DNA of 64,000 nucleotides, taken from positions 12,448-76,447 of the forward strand of contig JAEZKU010000005.1 of the NCBI GenBank assembly GCA_023436065.1, given 5' to 3'. Positions 1 through 9,207 of the stretch are shown here, piece by piece; position 1 is the first letter of the stretch, and each line of letters opens with the position of its first letter. The position numbers and the translations under genes were made by a program. The stretch comes from Bacillota bacterium. GTDB taxonomy: Bacteria > Bacillota > Clostridia > Lachnospirales > Lachnospiraceae. A model generated the notes under the pieces. That model saw only the letters and a list, made by a program, of their open reading frames with translations. It was not told where the DNA came from and made no database searches.

Positions 1-2
1 TG

Positions 3-440
3 GATTTGTATGATTCCGGTTGGAAGATCTATTCCAGAAATCCCGTAGAGCCGCCACACTTTATCGCATTAGGCGCATCGGTCAGCCGCTGCATTATCAC
101 GGAGGGCGGTATCATTTATGGAGAAGTATATCATTCGGTATTATTTGCAGGTGTAACTGTAGGACGAGGCAGTAAAATCAGTAATTCAATCCTGATGCCC
201 AATGTCAGGGTAGGTGAAAATGTAGTCATTGAGAATGCAATTATAGCGGAAAATACGGTAATCAGTGATAATTGCTATATCGGGTATAGTTTGCAGGCAG
301 ACGGGGAATACAAGGATCAGCCAAAAGGATCGGATATTACCGTGGTTGGTGAAAATATGATTTTACCACCCGGCTTTAGACTGGAAAAAGGCAGTATGAT
401 CGACGTGGATAATTATAAAACCTTTCAAGCAGTAATCTAG
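3..440 (+). CDS. glgC: Glucose-1-phosphate adenylyltransferase, C-terminal part (gene starts before the window)
   Basis: Frame is open from the window edge; W-x-IY..PP motif followed by hexapeptide beta-helix repeats (SVLF-GV-VG-GS-I-NSI-MP); lies directly upstream of glgD. Confidence 0.9.
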   Translation, partial: DLYDSGWKIYSRNPVEPPHFIALGASVSRCIITEGGIIYGEVYHSVLFAGVTVGRGSKISNSILMPNVRVGENVVIENAIIAENTVISDNCYIGYSLQADGEYKDQPKGSDITVVGENMILPPGFRLEKGSMIDVDNYKTFQAVI

Positions 441-507
441 TTTTCTGGAAGGTGTATTTTCATATTGCAAATTCTAATGCCGCAACAGGCGGCAGAATGG
501 AGGATTT

Positions 508-1629
508 ATGAGAGATACATTAGGAATCATCTATACCGGTGACAGCAATATCAGTCTCCAGGAGCTGACTCTGAAAAGATCGGTAGCCGCACTCCCCTTC
601 GGAGGCAGATATCGTATCATAGATTTTACTTTATCCAATATGATTAACTCGGGTATCATTAACGTGGGAATTATCACGCAGAATAATTATCATTCCTTGA
701 TGGATCATCTGGATAAAGGAAAGCAGTGGGATCTGGATCGTAAGAACGGCGGTTTGTTCATACTGCCCCCCTATGTAAGTTCTGACAACAAGGGTTGGTA
801 TCGGGGAGATATCGAGGCATATCACAATAATATGTCCTATGTTTACCGAAGCCCTCAGAAATATATCATACTGTCAGGAAGCTCCATGGTGTGTAACCTC
901 ACCTATGATGAGGCGATGGAGTTCCATAAAGAGAAACAGGCAGATATTACCGTGATCTACAAAGAGGAGAAGAATGCCACTAAGGATGAGCTGTCCAAGC
1001 ATACGATTATCAAGACGGATGAAAATAACCGCGTCATTGATATGGAAGTGAAACCTGCTATGCCAACCTCCGATAAGCTTTGTATGGAGATGTATATCAT
1101 TGAGAAGAGATTGTTTGAATATCTGATTGATGAATGCGAAAGCCGTGGTATGTTTGACTTCAATAAGGATGTACTGATCCGTAATCTTGACAAACTAAAG
1201 ATTTACGGCTTTCCCTATGAAGGTTATCTTGCCAAAATTGACAGTATCCAATCCTATTTCAAACATAGCATGGAATTGTTCAATCCGGAGAATTTCTATG
1301 AGCTGTTCCATCATTCCGGCTTAATCTATACCAAGGTTAAGGATGAGGTTCCGGCGAAGTATGGGATTAATGCGAAAGCAGAGAATTCACTTGTAGCCGA
1401 TGGTTGCGTCATCAATGGTCAAGTGGAGAACAGTGTCTTGTTCCGAGGGGTAAAGATCGGAGAAGGAGCTGTGGTCAAGAACAGTGTAATCATGCAGGAT
1501 GCGGAGATTCAGGATAGGGTTATCCTTGAAAATGTGATCCTGGATAAGGCCGTCATCATACGAAAAGGAAAACATCTGGCCGGTTCGGATAATTATCCGA
1601 TCGTAATCCGAAAGAATGCTGTTATTTAG
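508..1629 (+). CDS. glgD: Glucose-1-phosphate adenylyltransferase subunit GlgD
   Basis: RSVAALPFGGRYRIIDF-LSN and WDLDRKNGGLF motifs; lacks the GlgC GG-G-RL loop; RBS GGAGG. Confidence 0.92.
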   Translation: MRDTLGIIYTGDSNISLQELTLKRSVAALPFGGRYRIIDFTLSNMINSGIINVGIITQNNYHSLMDHLDKGKQWDLDRKNGGLFILPPYVSSDNKGWYRGDIEAYHNNMSYVYRSPQKYIILSGSSMVCNLTYDEAMEFHKEKQADITVIYKEEKNATKDELSKHTIIKTDENNRVIDMEVKPAMPTSDKLCMEMYIIEKRLFEYLIDECESRGMFDFNKDVLIRNLDKLKIYGFPYEGYLAKIDSIQSYFKHSMELFNPENFYELFHHSGLIYTKVKDEVPAKYGINAKAENSLVADGCVINGQVENSVLFRGVKIGEGAVVKNSVIMQDAEIQDRVILENVILDKAVIIRKGKHLAGSDNYPIVIRKNAVI

Positions 1630-1642
1630 GTAGGAAGAGAGG

Positions 1643-3169
1643 ATGTCTATGAAGAAGATACTTATGGTCACACCGGAAGCTAGCCCGTTTGCCAAGACCG
1701 GTGGTCTGGCTGATGTTGCAGGGGCATTACCCTATGCATTGAATAAACAGGGTGCAGAGGCAAGAGTGATTATGCCTAAATATGAATTTGCCGGTAAATC
1801 CAAGAAGACAAAGAAGGACGAGACGTCCGGAGAGGTATATGAGACTGGTGAGAATAAGACGCTTTATGATATATTCTCCGAACTAAACCTGACTTTGGAG
1901 CATATCTGTTACATCTACGTGGACCTGGGCTGGCGGCATCAATACTGCGGGATTGAAAAGGTGGTTTACCGTGGAGTGACTTATTATTTCATAGATAATG
2001 AATTTTATTTCAAGAGAGGGAACTGCTATGGCTACGGAGATGATGCGGAACGTTTTGCATTCTTTAGCAGAGCGGTGTTGGAAGCAATTCCTCATATCAG
2101 CTTTATACCCGATATTCTGCATTGCCATGACTGGCAGGCGGGTATGGTGCCGGTACTGCTGGAAGCACAGTATCGTTATCTTGAGCCTTATAAGGACATC
2201 CGTACCATGTTTACAATCCACAATCTCAAGTTCCAGGGTATCTATGGAATCAAAGAGATGAAGGAATGGTTTGGGTTGGGGGACGAATATTTTGCATCGG
2301 ATAAGCTGGAGTTCTACAATGCCGGCAATTTCATGAAGGGTGGACTTGTCTACTCGAACCTGATCACCACGGTGAGTCCGACCTATGCTCAGGAAATCAA
2401 ATACGCATTTTACGGTGAAGGGCTGGATGGGCTTTTGAGGGCCCGGGAAAACAGCCTCTTCGGTATCGTCAACGGGATTGATTATGAGGTATTTCATCCG
2501 AATAAAGACCCATATCTATTTGCTAAGTATACCAAATCCAATCTGAAGGGAAAGACTGAAAATAAGAAAATGCTTCAGGAGAAGCTGCAGCTTCCGGTCA
2601 GAGAGGATGTTCCGATGATTGGTCTTGTATCCAGGCTGACTGATCAAAAGGGACTGGCTTTGATTGAATGCGTACTGGAGGATATCATGGAGTTGGACCT
2701 TCAGTTCGTCATCCTTGGTTCCGGTGATAAAAGATATGAGGACATGTTCAGGAATGCTGAGCATCGCTATCCTGGAAAGCTGACAGCCCGGATTGAATAC
2801 AATGACCCCTTGGCACAGCAAATCTACGCGGCGTCCGATTTCTTCTTGATGCCCTCCTTATATGAACCGTGTGGACTCGGGCAGTTGATTGCCATGCGTT
2901 ATGGCTCCCTGCCGATTGTCAGAGAGACAGGCGGGCTCAGGGATACGGTCAGCTCCTATAACGAAGAGACCGGAGAAGGCAACGGCTTTAGCTTTGCGAA
3001 TTACAATGCTCACGACATGCTGTTCACGATCCAGAGGGCGATTACTCTTTATCATAAAAAGACGTTGCGAAATAAGCTGATGAAAGCTGCCATGTCCTGT
3101 GATTTCAGCTGGGACAACTCCGCTGCCCTATATATGGAGCTGTATGAGAAGCTGAAGCCGCAGATATGA
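1643..3169 (+). CDS. glgA: Glycogen synthase (GT5)
   Basis: KTGGLADV, HCHDWQ, TIHN, SRL-DQKG, PS-YEPCGL-Q and RETGGL motifs. Confidence 0.95.
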   Translation: MSMKKILMVTPEASPFAKTGGLADVAGALPYALNKQGAEARVIMPKYEFAGKSKKTKKDETSGEVYETGENKTLYDIFSELNLTLEHICYIYVDLGWRHQYCGIEKVVYRGVTYYFIDNEFYFKRGNCYGYGDDAERFAFFSRAVLEAIPHISFIPDILHCHDWQAGMVPVLLEAQYRYLEPYKDIRTMFTIHNLKFQGIYGIKEMKEWFGLGDEYFASDKLEFYNAGNFMKGGLVYSNLITTVSPTYAQEIKYAFYGEGLDGLLRARENSLFGIVNGIDYEVFHPNKDPYLFAKYTKSNLKGKTENKKMLQEKLQLPVREDVPMIGLVSRLTDQKGLALIECVLEDIMELDLQFVILGSGDKRYEDMFRNAEHRYPGKLTARIEYNDPLAQQIYAASDFFLMPSLYEPCGLGQLIAMRYGSLPIVRETGGLRDTVSSYNEETGEGNGFSFANYNAHDMLFTIQRAITLYHKKTLRNKLMKAAMSCDFSWDNSAALYMELYEKLKPQI

Positions 3170-3216
3170 TTCTGAAGTTCCATATGCGTATACTATATGC
3201 GCAGAAATGAGGAAGT

Positions 3217-4620
3217 ATGAAGAAAATAAAACTACTGTACGTGTCTGCGGAGATTTCACCCTATGCCAATACAGGCGGTCTTGGGGAAGTAGGCAGAAGC
3301 TTCCCTGCAGAGCTTGCGCAGGTTGAGAATTATGAGGTTCGAAGGGTCATGCCGCTGCATAAATCCATCGACAGAGCTATGAAATATGTGACGGATTTTG
3401 CTGTTGCCATGGACCAGGAATATGATACCTGTGTTGTGAAGGCAGATACAAAGGATAAGAAGCTGCAGACTTATTTCATTGAAAATGACAGATATTTTTA
3501 CAGGGACAACCTATATGGATATGAGGATGACGGTCATCGTTATTTCTTCTTTTGTAAAGCTGTCGTGGAAATGCTGAAAAACCTGTCCTACAGGCCGGAT
3601 ATCGTGCATACCAATGACTGGCACTGTGGCTTTCTGAATCTGCTTTTAAAGAAGGAATTCCCTGAGATCAAGACGGTTTATACCATTCATAATATATCCT
3701 ATCACGGATTTATCCCGTCCTCCTATCTGTCTGGGCTGGTAACCATGAAGGAGCAGTATTTGCTGGGCTGGCCGGAATGGCTGAATTTTATGAAGGCCGG
3801 AATTATTCATGCGGATCTTTTGACCACTGTCAGCCCCGGATATTGTGTGGAGATCAGGCAGGCGGAATACGGTTGCGGTATGACCCCGCTGATAGAGCAG
3901 CGTGAGAATGGAATTGTCGGGATTCTCAATGGAGTGGATACGGAGCAATATGATCCGGCGACAGAAGGGGAGCTGGAATATCCTTATGACAGTAAGCATC
4001 CGGAGCTTAAGAGAAGGAACCGCAGCTGGCTCAGGGAGCATTATAAGCTACCCGAGGATGACAGACCGCTGGTTGCGATGATTACCAGACTGGATTATTC
4101 CAAGGGAATCGATGTACTGCTGAAGGCAATCAGTTTCTTTGACTTCAGACGCTTTCAGTTGATTGTTCTGGGCTCGGGCAACCCTTATTATCAAGGGCTG
4201 CTGGCGAATATATCGTCAGGTTATCCGGATAGCATGGCGGTTGATTTTGAGTATCATGCAAACACTGCAAAGAGAATTTATGCGGGAGCAGATATCTATC
4301 TGATGCCTTCTCTCTTTGAACCCTGTGGTCTGGGTCAGCTGTATGCGATGAGGTACGGTGCCGTTCCTATCGTAAATCCCGTGGGAGGCTTGAAGGATAC
4401 TGTATTCGAGGATCAAGAGCATCCAAAGAAGTCCACCGGCTACTATATGAAGGAATGGAGCGGACAAGCTTTAAACGATGCGTTAAATCGGGCGCTGGAG
4501 GCTTATCGGTCGCCGGAGTGGTACACGATCGTGAAGAATTGCATGAAGTATAATTCCACCTGGAAGAAAAGCGTGGAGGAATATCAGAAATATTATGAGA
4601 CATTACTGGAGGATAGATAA
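3217..4620 (+). CDS. Second glycogen/starch synthase (GT5) paralogue with altered xTGG motifs
   Basis: HTNDWH, TIHN, RL-xx-KG and PSLFEPCGLGQL are retained; NTGGL replaces KTGGL and NPVGGL replaces RxTGGL. Confidence 0.85.
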   Translation: MKKIKLLYVSAEISPYANTGGLGEVGRSFPAELAQVENYEVRRVMPLHKSIDRAMKYVTDFAVAMDQEYDTCVVKADTKDKKLQTYFIENDRYFYRDNLYGYEDDGHRYFFFCKAVVEMLKNLSYRPDIVHTNDWHCGFLNLLLKKEFPEIKTVYTIHNISYHGFIPSSYLSGLVTMKEQYLLGWPEWLNFMKAGIIHADLLTTVSPGYCVEIRQAEYGCGMTPLIEQRENGIVGILNGVDTEQYDPATEGELEYPYDSKHPELKRRNRSWLREHYKLPEDDRPLVAMITRLDYSKGIDVLLKAISFFDFRRFQLIVLGSGNPYYQGLLANISSGYPDSMAVDFEYHANTAKRIYAGADIYLMPSLFEPCGLGQLYAMRYGAVPIVNPVGGLKDTVFEDQEHPKKSTGYYMKEWSGQALNDALNRALEAYRSPEWYTIVKNCMKYNSTWKKSVEEYQKYYETLLEDR

Positions 4621-4650
4621 GAATAGTCGGATCGTTTCATAATACCTACT

Positions 4651-4820
4651 AATAGCTGAGGTCCGAACAATAGGCGTCCCTAACACACTGGATCCCGGAC
4701 ACCTAACTGTTTTGTAAGCCATGATCAAACAGGTATGTTTGCTCATTTGTCTTACAAAATCAGCAAGTTGTCCGTCAAACAGTGCATTATGGGATGCCTG
4801 TTATTCTGGCCTCAGCTGTT
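4651..4820. repeat. Dispersed long-hairpin element, family A, copy 1
   Basis: Imperfect 170-nt inverted repeat; its reverse complement aligns over about 140 nt with 19448-19606. Confidence 0.85.
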
Positions 4821-4919
4821 TCACATATTGAAACAGCCCCTTCTCGTTACTATATAGGGAGTTTAGCCCTATTTTTCTGTATTTAGATGCTTTTGTACTT
4901 TACAATAGTCCTTATTCAC

Positions 4920-5390
4920 TTATTTGGCAGTGTACATTCCCTTACTCTCCATATACTTGAAGATGGCTTCACCATGCTTCTGCTCTTCCTTCTGGATATG
5001 ATTCAGAACATCTCTGACCTGTGCATCACTAAATTCGAAGATGGTAGTATCATAGGCACCTGAAACATATTTTTCTGTAGTCAGCATATCATCACACATA
5101 TCCTTGTCAGACAAATTGGGATTACCGGATGCGTTGCTTTGCGTCTTCATCCTCTGCTGGGATTGGGAACCCTGACCACCCATCGAAGGGACACTGCCGC
5201 TCAACAGCTGATTGATCGTATCAAGGTGTTCTTCCTCTTTACATCCATTACTCTGAAATACTGCTTTCAATTGTGGATCAGTTGTGAGACAGCTGTAATT
5301 TGCATATTTGCGGATACATTGCTCCTCATGGGATTTAGCATCCTCCAGTAATAGTTTCTCCTTTGTGGTTAATTGAATGTTTGAAATCAT
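4920..5390 (-). CDS. Spore coat F / ferritin-like protein
   Basis: Two helical repeats with E-xx-H motifs (KEEEH, KEEQKH) and a YM-SKGMY ending; start moved to ATG 5390 behind a GGAGGTG RBS. Confidence 0.75.
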   Translation of the reverse strand: MISNIQLTTKEKLLLEDAKSHEEQCIRKYANYSCLTTDPQLKAVFQSNGCKEEEHLDTINQLLSGSVPSMGGQGSQSQQRMKTQSNASGNPNLSDKDMCDDMLTTEKYVSGAYDTTIFEFSDAQVRDVLNHIQKEEQKHGEAIFKYMESKGMYTAK

Positions 5391-5496
5391 ATGAAACACC
5401 TCCAAGATTATTATGAGCAGATATGATCATAATATCCTCCTCAGGTTTAATTATGGAATTTCATTTTGACATGGCAATCCGGTTTCTAAATTATTT

Positions 5497-5525
5497 TTGA
5501 CTTATATTTTATAATCTGGTACTAT
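5497..5525 (+). promoter_or_regulatory. SigA-type promoter of the diguanylate cyclase gene
   Basis: TTGACT-17 bp-TACTAT with an extended -10 TG. Confidence 0.6.
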
Positions 5526-5567
5526 GAGGAAAAGGTTGCATCGTAGTGATGTGAAAGGTGGAATATC

Positions 5568-6467
5568 ATGTACGAAAGAGAAATAGAAGATCTAATTGAA
5601 AAAATGGCTGTTTTTGAAAAAGCCTTTGATAAGAGCAGACTGGTTGATCCCTCTAAAAATATATTTCTGGATTTAAAGGATAATAAGGTAACTGATGCGG
5701 GAATTAACTGCTTTGAATTCTGGGGAAAAGAAAGCGTATGTGATAATTGTATTGCCATGAGGGCATACAGGGAAGACGACATCTTTGTTAAAATAGAATA
5801 TTACAAGGAGGATATCTACATAGTAGCTGCAGTTCCGGTGCAATTGAAAGACAGGGTTGTTGTGGTTGAGCTTCTAAAAAAGGCAACCAACAACATTATA
5901 TTTGGCCCGGAGCCAAAGAAGCTGAAAGAGGATATCTATAGTTTGATCGATAATCTGAATAATGTAGCACGGAAGGATACCCTGACCGGAATCTATAACA
6001 GAAGATATATCAATGAAAGAATACCGGTCGACATTAAGGATGAAGAGCTTTCAGATCAAAGCATTTCTGTGATTATGGCAGATTTAGATTTGTTTAAGAG
6101 TATCAATGATTCCTACGGGCACCTAATTGGTGACTGTGTTCTGAAAAGCTTTGCGGATATTCTGCAAAAGGGATTAAGAAGGGAGAATGACTGGGTTGCA
6201 CGGTACGGAGGAGAGGAATTTCTGATCTGTATGCCCGGAGCAGGTTTGCAGCTTTCTATGGAGACAGCGGAGCAAATGAGAAAGGCTCTGGAAGAAACAG
6301 TGATGGAATTCGGTGGATTTCATTTCAAGATTACAGCAAGCTTTGGAGTGTTTTCAACCGTCCCCAATTCAGCTACTACCATGGATGATATTATCAAGAA
6401 TGCAGACAAGATGCTGTATGAGGCAAAGCATAACGGCAGAAATCGGGTAGAAGGCTATTCTGCATAG
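5568..6467 (+). CDS. Diguanylate cyclase (GGEEF) with a Cys-containing N-terminal domain
   Basis: D-LTG-YNRR, DLD-FK-IND-YGH-GD, RxxD I-site (REND) and RYGGEEF. Confidence 0.92.
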   Translation: MYEREIEDLIEKMAVFEKAFDKSRLVDPSKNIFLDLKDNKVTDAGINCFEFWGKESVCDNCIAMRAYREDDIFVKIEYYKEDIYIVAAVPVQLKDRVVVVELLKKATNNIIFGPEPKKLKEDIYSLIDNLNNVARKDTLTGIYNRRYINERIPVDIKDEELSDQSISVIMADLDLFKSINDSYGHLIGDCVLKSFADILQKGLRRENDWVARYGGEEFLICMPGAGLQLSMETAEQMRKALEETVMEFGGFHFKITASFGVFSTVPNSATTMDDIIKNADKMLYEAKHNGRNRVEGYSA

Positions 6468-6479
6468 AGTGATGTCAGA

Positions 6480-6517
6480 GAGAAGGACCATTGCACTAAG
6501 TTGCGACGGTCCTTCTC
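6480..6517. terminator. Hairpin between convergent genes (short palindrome family)
   Basis: GAGAAGGACC...GGTCCTTCTC stem. Confidence 0.6.
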
Positions 6518-6529
6518 GCTATTAACTAA

Positions 6530-8491
6530 TTATTTATTTTTATTCAAATATTCCTTCTCGTAGACGATCTCCAATCCCTCCTGATAACCCTTCTCCATCT
6601 TGCGACGGGCTTTTCTGTTGGCTACACTGTCAAAGATAATGGAGAAATCATAATTCTCCGGATACATCTGTTTTGCGGAAACCTTCAACTGAAGTCTTTT
6701 ATGATTGATCAATTCCTTCTTTTTTTGAATCTGTATTCCGATCTCTCCTTTCTCATTTGCTGTCTGATATACGATACCGATCTTCTTCTGCGGATACACA
6801 ACCACACTGTCGCCCACTTGAAAACGCTGACTTCTTAAAGAACCCGGTGAGGGTGCTTTCGCCTTCGCAGTCTGTGATTGAAGCGCTGGGGCAGCCATGG
6901 AGGGTGTTGCTTCTGAAGCATCTTGAAGAAAATCAGAATCGATGCTGTGCTGTGTAGCCTTGCTGTCCCTGCAGTAAGCCTCATGATAAGCCCGTTCCAG
7001 CATATGCTTCGGTAACCCAAGACGTTTTGCAATATAAAGTGCACAGCTTTCACCTGCCTCACCGATTTCAAGACGATACAGGGGCTTAAGACTTTCCCTG
7101 TCAAAGGCCATCTTCGCATTTACCAGGCCCTCTGTCTTGCCTGCGTAATCCTTAACCTCAGGATAGTGGGTGGTCGCCACGAAGAGGCAGCCCTTTTGCC
7201 TTAACTCCTCCAGGATGGCGATAGCAATACCCATACCTTCTGCCGGGTCTGTTCCGGAACCCAGCTCATCCAGTAGGACCAGACTATCCCTGCTGACATA
7301 GTTTAAAATGTTGATAATATTCGTGATATGAGAGGAAAAGGTGGATAAGTTCTCCGTAATGCTCTGTCCATCTCCAATATCACACAGGACAATATTGTTC
7401 ATACAAAGCTCGGCATGGGTACAAGGTACATGAAGACCGCTCTGTGCCATAAGCTGCAGTAAGCCGACTGTTTTAAGCGCCACAGTCTTTCCACCGGTAT
7501 TGGGACCTGTGATAATGATACCGTTGATCTGATCTCCGAGTATGAAGTTCAGGGGAACACATTCATCAGGTTTAATCAACGGATGCCTTCCATCCTCGAT
7601 TCTGATGCGACGTTCTGTATTGATCAGGGCAGGGATGGCTTTCATATCCAGACTGAGTTTAGCCTTGGCAAAGATGATATCCAAAGCTTCCATAGCCTCC
7701 ATGTTCATTCTTATGACAGGGGCATGTTCCCCTATCATGCCCGATAGGACATAAAGGATTCGGCGTTCTTCATTGCTCTCTGCAATTTCAAGCAGGGATA
7801 ATTCATCCTTCAGCTTTGATACGACAGTAGGCTCGATGAAATAGGTCGAACCGCTGGAGGAGATATCAAGCACCGACCCGCTGACCATGTTTTTATATTC
7901 TCTTTTAACCGGAAGTACAAAATGACCATTTCTGGTGGAGACATAGCCATCGGTAAACCATTCCTTCTTGCTTCGCAGCTGAGCTTCCAGTTTTGCCTTC
8001 ATCTCCGATTTCAGCTGTTCGATTTTGCGCCTGATATCCTTTAGTTCCTTGGATGCATTATCATCCACGGCATTATTTCTGATTGAGTTGTTCAATTCGT
8101 TGTTGAGTGACGTCAGCTCACTGATCGAGCCACCATAACCTGCGATGGCGACATCGAGAGATTCTGCGCGCTTTAAAAAACCCTTTAAACGTCTGCAGCC
8201 ATTGATGAACAATGCAATCTTGTTCAGCTGTTCCGGGATGAGCATTCCGCCCTTTTCTGCAAGCTCTAAAAGAATATCGATGTCCTTCATGGCAGCCAAT
8301 GGGGGTGTGCCTATTTGATCCAGAATCTTTCTGGCCTCCGTAGTATCGTTGATTCTGGCGTTTACCTCCCATTCGCTGAGATAGGGTTGCAATGCGAGCA
8401 GTTTTTGCTTCGCGGTCTCTGATACTGCATTTTGACTGAGCAGTTCTAATATTTTATTAAATTCCAAAGCGTTCATTGATTTTTCTGTCAT
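6530..8491 (-). CDS. Short MutS2-family ATPase lacking the Smr domain, with a KOW-like C-terminus
   Basis: LEF-KI N-terminus, RHPLI, Walker A GPNTGGKT, STFSSH, Walker B LLDELGSGTDP, TTHY, then FQVGD-V KOW-like motif; 653 aa with no Smr HGKG motif. Confidence 0.9.
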   Translation of the reverse strand: MTEKSMNALEFNKILELLSQNAVSETAKQKLLALQPYLSEWEVNARINDTTEARKILDQIGTPPLAAMKDIDILLELAEKGGMLIPEQLNKIALFINGCRRLKGFLKRAESLDVAIAGYGGSISELTSLNNELNNSIRNNAVDDNASKELKDIRRKIEQLKSEMKAKLEAQLRSKKEWFTDGYVSTRNGHFVLPVKREYKNMVSGSVLDISSSGSTYFIEPTVVSKLKDELSLLEIAESNEERRILYVLSGMIGEHAPVIRMNMEAMEALDIIFAKAKLSLDMKAIPALINTERRIRIEDGRHPLIKPDECVPLNFILGDQINGIIITGPNTGGKTVALKTVGLLQLMAQSGLHVPCTHAELCMNNIVLCDIGDGQSITENLSTFSSHITNIINILNYVSRDSLVLLDELGSGTDPAEGMGIAIAILEELRQKGCLFVATTHYPEVKDYAGKTEGLVNAKMAFDRESLKPLYRLEIGEAGESCALYIAKRLGLPKHMLERAYHEAYCRDSKATQHSIDSDFLQDASEATPSMAAPALQSQTAKAKAPSPGSLRSQRFQVGDSVVVYPQKKIGIVYQTANEKGEIGIQIQKKKELINHKRLQLKVSAKQMYPENYDFSIIFDSVANRKARRKMEKGYQEGLEIVYEKEYLNKNK

Positions 8492-8531
8492 TTTTCTACT
8501 CCTTAATTCCTAATTAATCTTTTATTTCAAT

Positions 8532-8586
8532 AAAAAGCCCACAGGTGCTCTACCGATACAAAATGGATAGAATACTCCCTGTGGGC
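8532..8586 (-). terminator. Intrinsic terminator within the leader of the MutS2-like gene
   Basis: Minus strand GCCCACAGG...CCTGTGGGC stem with extended inner pairing, followed by TTTTT, about 40 nt upstream of the start codon. Confidence 0.7.
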
Positions 8587-8640
8587 ATGCTGTCTCTTAA
8601 TAATACAAGATGATTTGGTAAATCAATTCATTTGTCATGA

Positions 8641-8675
8641 ATAAAAGGCATAACAGGATAACCCTATTATGCCTT
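8641..8675 (-). terminator. Second terminator-like hairpin in the MutS2-like leader
   Basis: Minus strand AAGGCATAATAGGG-TTA-TCCTGTTATGCCTT followed by TTATT. Confidence 0.5.
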
Positions 8676-8789
8676 GGAATTCTGAAGAATGAATTAACAA
8701 GACAGTTTTGAGTATTTCTGTAAAGGTAGAAAGTTAGGCACAACAAAAAGAGGTATACAACCAGCGTACCCAACAAATTCAATTCTGTG

Positions 8790-8828
8790 CTACTGAGCAC
8801 AAACCTTATTAACAGATAATACCGACAT
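8790..8828 (-). CDS. Putative leader peptide MSVLSVNKVCAQ
   Basis: ATG preceded by GAAAGGACGG, about 30 nt downstream of a near-consensus promoter. Confidence 0.5.
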   Translation of the reverse strand: MSVLSVNKVCAQ

Positions 8829-8866
8829 CAAAACCGTCCTTTCATACATTACATTTTTACATTTGC

Positions 8867-8895
8867 ATTCTATCATAGGTAAATGCGACTGTCAA
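8867..8895 (-). promoter_or_regulatory. SigA-type promoter driving the MutS2-like leader
   Basis: TTGACA-17 bp-TAGAAT with an extended TG. Confidence 0.75.
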
Positions 8896-9126
8896 AGTAT
8901 TTTTTCAGAAACCTCAACGAAAATTTTCGTAGAGAAAATGATTTTTAAGAAATCCCGATTTATGGGGGATGATAGGAGAATAAAGAGGTTATTTGAAAAG
9001 AAAGTATTGAATTATTCCTATAAAGATAATATGATATAAATATAGTCTAATAGTACTATATATAGGATGGGGGCATTTTAGTAACAGACAGGAGGGAATT
9101 TGGTTAGGTATTAAAAGCTTGTTTGT

Positions 9127-9155
9127 TTGACAAAATAAGCTATTAACGATACTAT
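9127..9155 (+). promoter_or_regulatory. SigA-type promoter of the MarR-like gene
   Basis: TTGACA-17 bp-TACTAT. Confidence 0.65.
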
Positions 9156-9207
9156 TATTTATATATAATTAAAAAATTTGAAATAAATATATATAGGAGA
9201 GACGACT

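Noticed and set aside
4623..4633. ATAGTCGGATC just after a stop codon, also at 40911-40921
   Set aside because: An 11-bp match that does not extend; cannot be distinguished from chance.
8597..8800. 67-aa hydrophobic ORF as an independent membrane-protein gene
   Set aside because: GTG start without its own RBS, and it runs through leader hairpins; kept only as a possible part of the attenuator.
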